A program made the position numbers and the translations under genes. Under the pieces are notes generated by a model. The model was not told where the DNA came from, did not search any database, and saw only the letters and a list, made by a program, of their open reading frames with translations. Of a DNA stretch of 64,000 bases, positions 36,950 through 48,720 are shown piece after piece; positions within the stretch are counted from its first letter, which is position 1; every line of letters begins with the position of its first letter. The DNA comes from Octopus sinensis (lineage: Eukaryota). Location of the stretch: positions 24,800,001 to 24,864,000 of the forward strand of contig NC_043016.1 in assembly GCF_006345805.1 (NCBI RefSeq). Reading direction: 5' to 3'.

Positions 36950-39070
36950 CATCATCATCATCATTTAACATCCATTGTCCATGCTGGTATGAGTTAGACA
37001 GATTGATCAGGGCTGGCAAGCTGGAAGGCTTCATCAGACTCCTGTCTGATTTGGCATGGTTTCTGTGGCTGGATGTCCTTCCTAATGCTAACCACTCCAA
37101 GAGTGTAATGAGTGCTTTTACTTGCCACTGGCACAGGTACTATTTGCGTGACACCAGTATCTGCCACGGCTGTGATTTTACTTGGTTTGATGAGTCTTCT
37201 TCTCAAGCATGACATAGTGCCAAGGTCTCGGTCATTTGTCATTGCCCAGCATTTAGAAGGAGTTTTTCATATGCCACCAGCATCAGTCACTTTGTTTCCA
37301 TGTGGTCCAATGCACAAAAGATGTTTTTTATGTGCCAGTTACATGACACCAGTATTGGCCACATCTACAATTTCACTTGGCTTGACAGGTTTTCTCAAGC
37401 ACAGCATATCATCAAAGGTCTCCGTCACTAGATGTTGCCTCTGTGAGGCCCAAAATTCAAAGATCATGCTTCACCACCTCATCCCATATCTTCCTGGGTC
37501 TGCCTCTACCACAGGTTCTCTTCACAGTTAGAGATTGGTACTTCTTTACACAGCTGTCCTCATCCATGCATATCACTTGACTATACCAGCACAGTCATCT
37601 TTCTTGTGCACCACATCTGATGCCTCTAATGCCCAACCTTTCTCTCAAGATGCTTACACTCTGTCTTACATGCACACTGACATTGCACATCCAGTGAAGC
37701 ATACTGGCTTCATTTCTTTCAAGCCTACACATATCCCCAGCTTCACTGATGTGTAGCATAGCTATTAGCACACAAGTATGATACAGTTTGCCTTTCACTC
37801 TGAAGGAAAGGCCCTTTGTTGCCAGCAGAAGTAGAAACTCTCTGAACTTTGCCTAGGCTATTCTTATTCTCATAGCTCCACTCTCAGAGCACCCACCTCC
37901 ACTACTCACTTGGTCACCTAGATAACAGAAGTTATCTACTACTTCTAGCTTATCCTGCTGGCAGTTAATGGAGACTATTTTCTGTATATTTTCAGTGTTT
38001 ATTGGACCTGTGCATCTTCCACACACAAAATTTTTGTACCCTATTAACTTTCCTCTAATATTGTTGCACTTCTTATGTGTTCATTGCTTACACTGGGTAC
38101 ATCTTATGGAGTTTCAACCTATGCCATCTACCTGAAGCAATTTGTGATTTGTCTGTCTTCCTACTTACTAAGACTGGTTTTTTGCTAGGCCCTTTGATTC
38201 TGGACCTTGATTCAGCTATAAGAGTAAGTCATCAGCATAGAGGAGCTCTCAGGGGCAGCCTATCTTAAATTCCTGTTATTGCCTCACCCTGCTCATGAAG
38301 AAGATGACCAGGGTGAGGACTGATCCTGGATGAACCCGTACTTTAACTCTGAATTCTTCACTGTACTCGTTGCAAATCCTCACCTTACTGATAGTGTCCC
38401 TCTCCATGGCTTGTATAGCTTTCACAAGCCATTCACCGATCCCTAGTTTCTGCATTGACCACCAGATAAGGGATCAGAGGACCCTGTCAAAGGTTTTCTC
38501 GAAGTCAACAAAAGCCAAGCAGAGGACAATTTATCTTTGGCTATGGTATGCATTCCACCAGATCCCCTGTCAAAGTTTTCTCGAAGTCAACAAAAGCCAA
38601 GCAGAGACATTTATCTTTGGCTATGTATTTCTCCTGCAGATCCTTACCAGAAATATAGCATCAGTGGTGCTTCTCCCTGGCATGAAACCAAACTGCATCT
38701 CATCCAGGCTAACTTTCTCCTTAATTAGTTGAGCTATGACCCTCTCTGTAACTTACATCCCCTGATCAAACAATTGATACCTCTGTAATTATTTATGTCT
38801 AAGGCATCATCTTTACCTTTGTAGCAGTTGACTATGGTGCTGCTACACCAGTCATTGAACCACCTGATTTACAATACGGGTGACTAGGCCAAAACCCACA
38901 CCACCAGATATTTTGAGCATCTCACTAGTGATTTCTGATGGACCAGGGGCTTTCCCTGTCTTCACATCCTTAATTGCTTTATCTACCAAGGTACTGTCAA
39001 TTCAGATAGCTAGTCTCTCAACTGGGTCAACATTAAGCAAACTCTCCTCCTTCCAGTCATTCTTCACATT
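36950..39070 (-). mobile_element. Decayed RTE-like LINE with 3' UTR and (GAT)n tail
   Basis: Minus-strand RLERNEASMLHWMC, FVDFEK and FMPGRSTTDAIF homology to 60948-62676. Confidence 0.88.
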
Positions 39071-41709
39071 CATAATTGTCATATACTTAATGTATGCATG
39101 TTGCTAAACACTTTTAGGCTTCAATATTTCATCTAGGAGTGTTAAAAAAAATGCAGTATAAATTCAAAGCCAGTTGAAACAAATCACTGTTCATCAGTAC
39201 TGTATATTCAGTTCACCCTTGAAACAAATTTGAATCTAATTGTCTATAACCTATAATATCTTACACATCATTTACTCATATTCCTTATGTTGAACACAAT
39301 ATGTATAAATACTTTCTTTTTTATTTATACACTTTATATTCTTAATATCAATGAATCTGTAATTACAGTCAGACTAACCTATTTTATATGCATCAAATTG
39401 TGACTTAGAAATTTATACCATACTCTTTTCTTTCATCTTCTTTGTTATTTTTTTTTACATATATTTAGATTTATCTCAAAACATTTTGTGGCTTTATTGA
39501 ATTATGGTTATTATATATTCTATTATTATTTTTTCCAATTCATTTTTTACTAATTAATGTATTTTTTACTTTTTACTCATTATTATAATTTATCCTATTA
39601 CATTATTTTATTCCATTATACTAATTTTAATTACTTTCTAATTATTTAAAAAATTCTTATAAGATTCTTTGCAGTATTTACCACTTGCATTTTTAATTAT
39701 TATCCATTTACATTCATATACTTTTGTATTGAATGCATTTTATTGTATACTTCTTGATATGACAGCCACTCTTCTTATTTGATATTCCCCCCACCAGCAC
39801 TTCTTAGACTTACTGTCTCTCTCTTTTACAATCTTTTTGGCCTTATAGTGGGCATATAGAAAGCTGTTAAATAAATAAATAGCTGATTGACCTTACTCTT
39901 TGTACTTAGCCTTAAAACTTCTAGTTGGATGGAAATAAAAGAAACTAACTCTATCTTCATTGTAGGGCCAAAATATTTTGTTATCTGTTTGCCCCACTTA
40001 CTCCATCCTCTAACCTTCTTCATTGCTATAAATCTTTGATACTCCTCAACTTATGCCTGACATCAAAGCATTTTCCCTTATAATACCACCAAACTGAACA
40101 AACAAATTCCTTCTTAGTAGTGGGACCCATGAATATTTCACCAAATTAATGGTAAACCTATTGGGTTATTTCTGAAAACTTTATCCCCAAAAAAACTGAA
40201 AGTGTAGCCTATGTTCTGTCTGTATGGAAATATAGTCGTCCATCTGCTACTCATTGAAAAGTGAAAGAAATTGTAATATGATGATTACTTAATGCACAGT
40301 GCTCATAAAATAAATATTCACTCTTATTTTCCCATTTTCCCCATAAAAAAAATATTCTGTACATATGATACAACCCTTAGTTAAATTGCATTTATCTGTC
40401 ATGTAAATAACTGTGAATATTTCATGGAATTGCACTTATGCACATGCGTTAAGTGATAGGTGATATAAAAAACTTGATTCAATTTTTTTTTAAAAATACA
40501 CTTTTCACTATCCAGTCACCATCACCATCTTCATCTTTCTCTTTTCCCTGCATTTCTTTAACCTCACCATCAGAACATCACCCCTCTGCTAAAATTATTA
40601 GGTTTCCTCTACCTCACATCATGAACACTTCTCTCTCTCTCTGTCTTTTCTTTCACCCTATTTCTGTCTTATTCTTTGCCTTATCCTCTTTTTCTCTCTC
40701 CTTTTTCTTTCTCTTCTCTTTCCCTTTAACTAATCACGTGAAAGCATTACATTTGCATTCTCTCTATCTCATGTCATGGATGTTTCTCTCACTCTCATTT
40801 TCTCTAATCACATGAAAGTGTTACCAATAGGCTAAGTAACACAATGACAAGCAAAATTATTATCAGATGACCGGTAATGCTCACAGAATCATGAAGTGGC
40901 ACAAGCAGTCAGCTTTTGAATGTCTTTGAATGTTGTGATTTCACTAGATGAAAACGTTTTTTTCTAATGGTGTAATGTCCCCATTAATCAATTAAAAAAC
41001 TCATTTGAAACAGCTGTAGTAGACTGACACATTGTCCATCTGTTATTATTCAGCTCACTTGGAACCTGCATCTTGCATCGATCTGAAGTATATTATGGAC
41101 CATACATTTAGTGCAATGTGCATTTCCAGATTAGCCTCAGGACTCATGATATACATGGTTGGGCACAGTTAATTGTATACGTAAACTGAGTATCTTTCTG
41201 CCTGTTCTTCGGTACCTGCGTATGTATTCCTTTCTTTGTTGTGTACACAATTTTCAACCCATTTAAATGTCTGATTTACTTGAATCCTGATATATGATAC
41301 ATGCATATATATATATGTGTGTTTGTGTGTGTGTGTAGATATGGTGATGCGGAGAGATAGAACTTAAAATATGAGTACATGTATATTTTTATTGATATTT
41401 ATCAACACAAGTGACAGAGTGACTCAAGGTCTGAGAGCTTTGGGTATTAGCATTTAAAAAGGGCTAATTCACGAAGCTCTTGTACTCTGAGTCATTCACT
41501 TGCTTCTGCCAAATATTAATAAATTTGCTTTGAGCTGATTGGGGACACTAAACTCCCTTGTTCAAAAATATAAGGACGTAGGTAGTGTATCATATAGCCA
41601 GCTGGAGACGATGTTTAACAGTAACAATCGTCCTAACCAGGACTGTCACATTATGTTGGCAAATAATCTTTACTCTCTCTCTCTCTACAGATATATATAT
41701 AAATACGCA

Positions 41710-42080
41710 GGAACGGCTGTGTGGTAAACTTGCTTCCCAACTATATCACTCCAGATTCAATCCTACTGCGTGGCACACTGGGTAAGTGTCTTCTGTTATA
41801 GCCTTGGTCCAACCAAAGCCTTGTGCGTGGATTTGGTAGACGGAAACTGAAAGAAACCTGTCGTATATATGTGTGTGTGTGTTTGTCCCTCCACCGCAGC
41901 TTGACAACTGGTGTTGGTGTGTTTACTTCCTCGTAAATTAGGGGTTTGATAAAAGTGACCGATAGAATAAGTGCCAGACTTAAAAAGAAAAACAAATATT
42001 GGTGTTGATTCATTCGACTAAAAATTTTTCAAGGTAGTGCTCGATCAAGACCCCAGTCTAATGACTGGAACAGGTAAAAA
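41710..42080 (+). mobile_element. tRNA-derived SINE upstream of eIF5
   Basis: ggctgtgtggtaa head, gattcaatcc box and the same body as other copies. Confidence 0.8.
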
Positions 42081-42149
42081 TTGAAAGGTGAATATACTTG
42101 TTTCAGTCACTAGACTGTTGCCATGCTGGGGCACCGCCTGTGTGCGTGA

Positions 42150-42202
<53 letters not shown>

Positions 42203-43044
42203 CTCACGCACACATATACTTGTCTATATCTGTGTCTTAATTATTTCACCGCGTGATACGGTGTTGGTTGTTTTTTTTTTTATATAAGTGCGAAAATGGG
42301 CGATTCGCCAAAAAGGATCCAATAGAATAAAATTAAAGTACCAGACTAAAAATAAAAATTGGAGGGAAGCTATCGCCTTGATTAAGCCCGTCGAGGATGA
42401 GCACTAACATGGCCGCAGTTCAATGAATGAAACAAGAGATAGGAAAGAAGGAAATAAGCACAAACACACACACGTCTATATATATATATATAAATTCAGC
42501 CGGTGTTCGCCATGAGAATTATCGAATCTTCTAGCAAAACGTGTAGGCACCCAGTCCTGTCAGGATGTTCTTGATATTAAAATGTATCGATGACACTCAC
42601 ACATCGATATTTTTGATATAATTACATATGGATTCCGCTTCAATTGTATTTTTCTTTATTTCTGATGGGACAGTGTCTTACGCATTTTATATCTCCATTT
42701 ACGTACAGCTGATACACCACCACGTTTGTTCCTAATCTACATAACGTAGGCATAATCTTCACAAACCCACAATACTCCCACTTGGCATTCACAGTCACAG
42801 TCAACAGAGACCTGCGAAATATCTTGTTCTCAGGTCACAACAACCTAGTCGCGAGACGTGTGGGATGAAATGAAATTTCGCTGTTTACTTTTATGAATAA
42901 ATTGATATGTAATTCTTGTAATATCGATTATAAGCAACTCGGCAGAAGGTATAAACGCAGTTACACGCGCAAGTGTTGTATGCCTCTTTGTGTGTGTATA
43001 GAGGGATATATGTACATATAGGCATATATGTCTGCAATATATGC

Positions 43045-43128
<84 letters not shown>

Positions 43129-44011
43129 AAGGGGTGTGCATATTTACACGTATATTTAGTATGATGTTATCTACTTACATCCATGTATATGTTTATAAAG
43201 GCGTATATGTATTATATATATATACACGAAATGTATGTGGATATAAAAACTATATACGTCAGTTCAGCTGTGTACATGGGATAGATAACGCCAGAATCTG
43301 CGACCATAACTTGCCAACTGGCCAGGAGTTTTCTTTCTCATCTATTTTATGACTCTTTACTATTCCACTGTTTGCCACGAGAAAATTCTGCCTAAATTAT
43401 TCGTATACAAGTATATGTATATAAACAAATATATTAAAGCTTAATAAAGTTATATTGCTAATTCGTAATTGGATTTGCTGTATCCCAGTGCAATAATCTC
43501 AATTACAAGCATTTACAGTGGAAATCGTTTATTATCATCACGGTTTGCGCTATGAAAATTAAAGGGATTTGCTTTCCCTACAAGTGGCTTCTAATAAACA
43601 TGCATTGTCTACGTATCTATATTTCACACTCTTTCTCTATATATAATATATTTATATGAGCACAAGCTTTCAAATTCAAGTCAACTGATACTTTATTTTC
43701 TCGATTCCGGAAGGATTAAAGATCCAACATTGAATGCGGCGGTATTTCAACTCAAGAAAGCACTTTCTGGCAACCGCGCTTAACAGGGTTAATAATAAGT
43801 AAATCACACACACACACACACATATGCTGCGAGTTTCGCGTTGCTGCTATTCAACACGACTCCTAGAAACCGGTTTCGAAAAACTGAGAGTAGGGTCGAG
43901 TTTATATATTTCTTTATATGTATATATAACAGGTATATGTACGTCTGCTAACATAATAAAACGAATGAACGTAACAAAGTTGTTACATTACATTACATTA
44001 AAAAATGCCAT

Positions 44012-44162
44012 AAGTCTCGTTCGAACGAGACTTCCGCTTGCTTCTACGACTAATTCCGGTTCCCTCCACTTATTCCGATCTTTCTTCCCTCTAACTTAAC
44101 TCTCCATCTTTCATTTTGTAACCAACCTTTTTTTTCCCGACCAAGGTTATTTGCTCGACGAT
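44012..44162 (+). promoter_or_regulatory. Putative eIF5 promoter / first 5' UTR exon
   Basis: CpG-enriched relative to the flanks; ACTTCCG and TTCCGG ETS-like boxes; pyrimidine-rich tract; donor at|gtgagt at 44163. Confidence 0.45.
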
Positions 44163-45596
44163 GTGAGTAATTCAGAATTCATTAATTTGATTAACTTCGC
44201 CATTTGATTTTATTCGTATTAAATAATAAGCGATAAGTTTGATTTCTGATTTTGATTAGAAGAATATTTGTTGCCCAACAAAATATTAAGTATTGTAAAG
44301 GAAATATTTTACGGGTTCACCTCTCTCTTACCGACTTGATCTGCTCTCGCATCTGTCTTATTTGTAGATAGCAATCTCACTCTCTCTCAGAAATATATAT
44401 ATATATATATATGTCGATTATGCATATTTTGAGCTAACTCCGTAGAATCAATTTTTTTTATTTATCTGAAGGAATCTCATTAATTATTAATTAACCTCAT
44501 GAGGAGTACTAATACTCGAACTCACTAATTACTGTTAAAATGTTAATTTAGGATAATTTACTTAAACACCCGCCTTTTCCTTTCAACACACCCCTCCCAT
44601 CCTTTCTCATTCATTCATACACTCCGTCGTCTTTTCCCTCGCTTGTTCTATGTTTATGCCTCTCTCTCACATATACATACTTGTAGTTTTCCTCTCTCTC
44701 TCCTCCTCCTCTATCGCTCAATAGCTCTTTTTCCCTCTCTGAAAAGTACACGTACTCACACGCATACTTTCGTCCTCCCACCCCTTTTATGTCTGTCTCT
44801 AACCACGGATTGTGGGAACTAGCAGATCATTCACCGCCAACACAAGAGAGAAACAATAAACACCCTAGTATTCTTATCACAAAACGAATTCTTGGTTATT
44901 GGATAACAACCTCAATATATATATATATATATATGTAACTACTTTACGGAATACGTTTATTACGATCGTTTAATATATATATATCATTAAAAAAAAAAAC
45001 ATTAATAATAGTTTTGTATTGTTTTCACCAGTGATTTTTGAAGATCATCAGTCTGCACAGAATAACAGTTGCCGTCAGCAGCAGCAGTATTATCATCGTT
45101 ATCAACATTTATTTCACTATTAACCTCGACACAAAAGAACAACAACAACAGGAAGAAAACCCAGTTAATTTGGTCACGTATATTACTGGTAGAAAAGCGG
45201 TGAACAAGTTTATAATTTTTTTTTGAAATCACCACTGCCATTATTATTATTAGTAGTATTTTAGTATTTCCTTATCAACACGACATCAGCAGCAGCAGCA
45301 GTAGGAGCAGCGACGACCATTGTCAGTGCTAGCAGCAGCAGCAACATCAGGTGCCGCACTAGTGTCGGTACTTAGCAGCAGCAGCAGCACTAGTGTTTTC
45401 ACTAGTGACAACAACAGCAGCAGCAGTTTACAAAAAAAAGCCTATAAAAGCAAGCACCAGCAATATCGACTCTGCCACCACCTTCAACTACTTTCCATCA
45501 CTCAACAACCAGTGTACCGAGAAAGCCAAAAAAAAAAAAAAAAAACAACTATTAACACTACTAAAAACACTCCTACTAAAGTAGTGTTTGTTTTAG

Positions 45597-45842
45597 GAGT
45601 CGTGGTGGTGGCGGCGAAGAAGAAGACAGTGACGACGACGACGGCGACGTAGCAAGCAAAGCAAGCAAGCAAGCAAGCAAGCAGCAGCAGCAGCCAGAAG
45701 AAGAAGAAGAAGACGGCTACCAGGACGAAGTAATAGGAGCTCGTGTCGCTCCCTTCTTCAGCTGTTGCCAACCGCCATATTTTATTTTATCTCTTTATCC
45801 TTTCTGTTGTCGTCGACGTTTTTATGTCATTGCATCAAGACG
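45597..45842 (+). other. Putative eIF5 5' UTR exon (5' boundary uncertain)
   Basis: Strong donor cg|gtaagt at 45843; low-complexity GCA/GAC/GAA-rich leader; candidate acceptor ttttag ends at 45596. Confidence 0.55.
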
Positions 45843-48715
45843 GTAAGTTTTTTTTTTTTCCTTTCCTCTTGGACAATTTCTAAACTAACCACAACCATTT
45901 AGAAATCGCCTCTCCTCTCTCCATACCGCTCTCTCTCTTTCTCAGTTTAAAAAAAAAAAAAATTTTCTTTTTTTTTCATTCACATTTTTTTTGTGGCCTA
46001 CAGTTTTCATGTTACAAGTCCATAACTTTTAACTTTTCGCGTGTCTATCACAGTATTCCTACATAAGCTTATATAATATATATACACATCGTTTTTTTAT
46101 ATGTATATCCTTTATTCTAGATTTCTCTATCCTCTCTCATATATATATATATCCTCTATGTTTAGCCCCTTGTGGGCAGTAAAGAAATATATATATATAT
46201 ATATAATAAAAATTAAATGTGTACATCACCCCTAATACTTCTAATATATATATATAATCACACTTTCTCATAGTCTCTTTTAAAATTAAACCCTTTTTTC
46301 GCTACTCTTCTATTATGTGCTGGTCTTTCTTGTCGTGACATCAACCGCATGTTCCTTTCATCACTAATTCATGTACATCTTTATATGTTCGTATGTTCTA
46401 GGCTTAATTGTTAAATAGTGTGTGTGTGTAACAATCGTATGTATATATTACATGTGTGTGTAGTGAGAGAATGTATATTATGCGTGTGGGAGAAGCTATG
46501 TAGTACTTAAAACCTATTAGTGTTTAAAGTGCTATATGTTTGTTTCTATGTAAGCAAATTATGTTACATGCCTGTTATAGATGTAATAAATGTATATAAA
46601 ACGTTATATATAAAAGTAATATATATATATATACACACACATTTAAAACCTGATTTTTACCATTGAATATTATCGGCAACACCAGGAAAATTTTCCACGT
46701 TCAGCATGGAATCCATCCATGTCTGTTCACATTGGTTTTATTATATACATGGCTACTTTCTTTTATGAAATGTTTCGTGGTCTTGGGGGAGAGAGAGAGA
46801 GAAAAAATAAAATTGCCTTGTTCTGTTTTCATTAAGTCTTGCATTTCTGTGTGATGTGTGTGACTTGTGCGTTTTAAGGAATTTTAATTTCGTTCCCTTT
46901 CATTCTTTTACTGCCACTTGCTGCCAACGATATTAACGGAAATTTTTAGAAAAATCCAACTTCTTTGACCTATCTCTCCCTGTCTTTTCACTTTTAATTT
47001 GGGTTCGCCGGGGTTTTTTTTTTTTTTTTCACCCATCAAATTTTTTTTTTCTTTCTAATTATAGTATTCCGAAAAAAAAATTCTTCTTAAATCAATCAAG
47101 GAAAAAAAAAAAAAATTCCATTTCTGAAGTAATTTCTCTTTCCCCCAAATGTGTTATTTAGCTTCAATTATGTACGATTTACATATGTGGGTGGAGGTAC
47201 AATCGCCACATGGAAAGTAATCTATTGAAGAGAGTGAATTCGATGGGTTTTTTTTTTCTTTTTTCCCTTGCCCCTCTGATTTTCGCTTCTCTTTGTGAGG
47301 TTTGCTAATTGCCGTCAGAGAAACCAACGTTTCAATTGAATGTGGAAGGTCTCAATTAGTTTACTTGCCCAGACATTAATTGCTGCTCTAATCTTTAATT
47401 CTAATGTCGTATTGCCTTTTTGTAACTAATGTGCTTATGTCAGTCAGATAGATACTCGTTGTTTGACCTCTACGTAAAGGAACGAGATAAAAGAAAACAT
47501 ATTTCCATTTTAATAAGCTTCTAAAATATCGTTTTAATTGATTTATATATTGCTAAATGGATTTAATTGAAGAGAAAGTTTGGTTTCATATTTATTAATT
47601 TTCGAGGTGGTAGGGAAACAGGACTTTTTTTTTTTTTCCTTCCAATTCTTTTTAACTTCCACGTTGCCTCGCCTCTGCTATGTATATTATAGCAAGAGCT
47701 TTTAATGTCGTCACCACCTACAGACTGTCGTCTCGAACTCTTTGAACTTATTTTTTTTAAAAAGGTCTTTAACCATTTGAATCCGTTTCTTTTTCTTTTG
47801 TTGCTAAATTTCAAAATATTGGCATCGTCGTTCCACAGAACGCCTTCCAAAATTATTCAACAATGAACGCCTCTCTAGTTTCTATCAGTTTTTTCCTTTT
47901 TGTTTTTTTTTTGTTTTTTGTTTTCGAAGAAGTTTCGCGACTTGTTAAGTTTCAATGCTGTTGTCATTGACCCCAACGACTTTAATGCGTCAACTATTGA
48001 TTATAAGTTTCATTAACATGGACCTTAAAAACAATTTCTTTTTAGATGAATTGCTATTGCCCTTAGGAAAGCCATGACCGATACAACCTCTTCTTTTTTT
48101 TTCTTTTTCTCCTCTTTTGCCGAAAACGACTTTGTATCAAATCTACCTTTCCAATATTCAACCATATTGACGATTAACAGCAACCTATTGGGGATTTGTT
48201 AAAGGCACAATGATCTTTTTCTTGAAGATAATGTTGGATTATGCTTGATTTCTGAAAGTTCGGTGGATTAAATAGAAATTTCGAAATTTGTTAGTGGTCT
48301 CTTGGCAACTTGGAAAATATTAGTTCGCAAAAAAAAAATTTTTTTTGAATATGAATAAGTCTTTTGTCAACATAGGAATACTGCTAGTATAATAATAATT
48401 TGTGAGTATCTAGCCACGAATTTACATAGACTTTTAATATTGTTTTTTGTAGCCAGTGGTTTTTGTCATTTTTTCTTATTTTTTTTTCCAGAGTTATCAT
48501 TGTGCCTATTGAGCACGAGAACTAAGTGTTCGACCAGAAGTAAATCCGATCAAGGTTTTATGAATTTCTCCACGGTTTGGAGCCATTGGCGCTATCCTGA
48601 TAGTAGCATCCATCGTAAACATAAGTGTCACAAAAATCAATCGGAATGGCTTGCGTTAACGTCAACACCAATGTGTCTGACCAGTTTTATCGCTATAAGA
48701 TGCCTCGTCTCATAG
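45824..48715 (+). promoter_or_regulatory. Predicted spliced overlapping uORF in the eIF5 leader (45824-45842 + 48492-48715, 80 aa), with a second in-frame uAUG at 48560
   Basis: tttATGt at 45824 and tttATGa at 48560 both have U at -3. Joining donor 45843 (gtaagt) to the acceptor ending at 48491 keeps them in frame. The stop TAG at 48713-48715 lies 67 nt downstream of the eIF5 ATG start, in a different frame. Confidence 0.75.
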
Positions 48716-48720
48716 CAAAA
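48646..48720 (+). CDS. EIF5: eIF5 coding exon 1
   Basis: Encodes [25 protein letters not shown]; donor gtatgt at 48721. Confidence 0.97.

Noticed and set aside
38482-38630. ~80-bp tandem duplication within the RTE RT region
   Set aside because: A local duplication or assembly stutter in a dead element, with no functional signal.
39165-39205. CTGATGA on the minus strand with a short hairpin
   Set aside because: No GAAA follows stem II.
47370-47502. Possible intronic H/ACA snoRNA (vertebrate EIF5 hosts SNORA28); ctcgtt/aacgag hairpin followed by ACA
   Set aside because: No ANANNA box at the hinge and no convincing first hairpin by eye. An Infernal/snoGPS scan would be needed.
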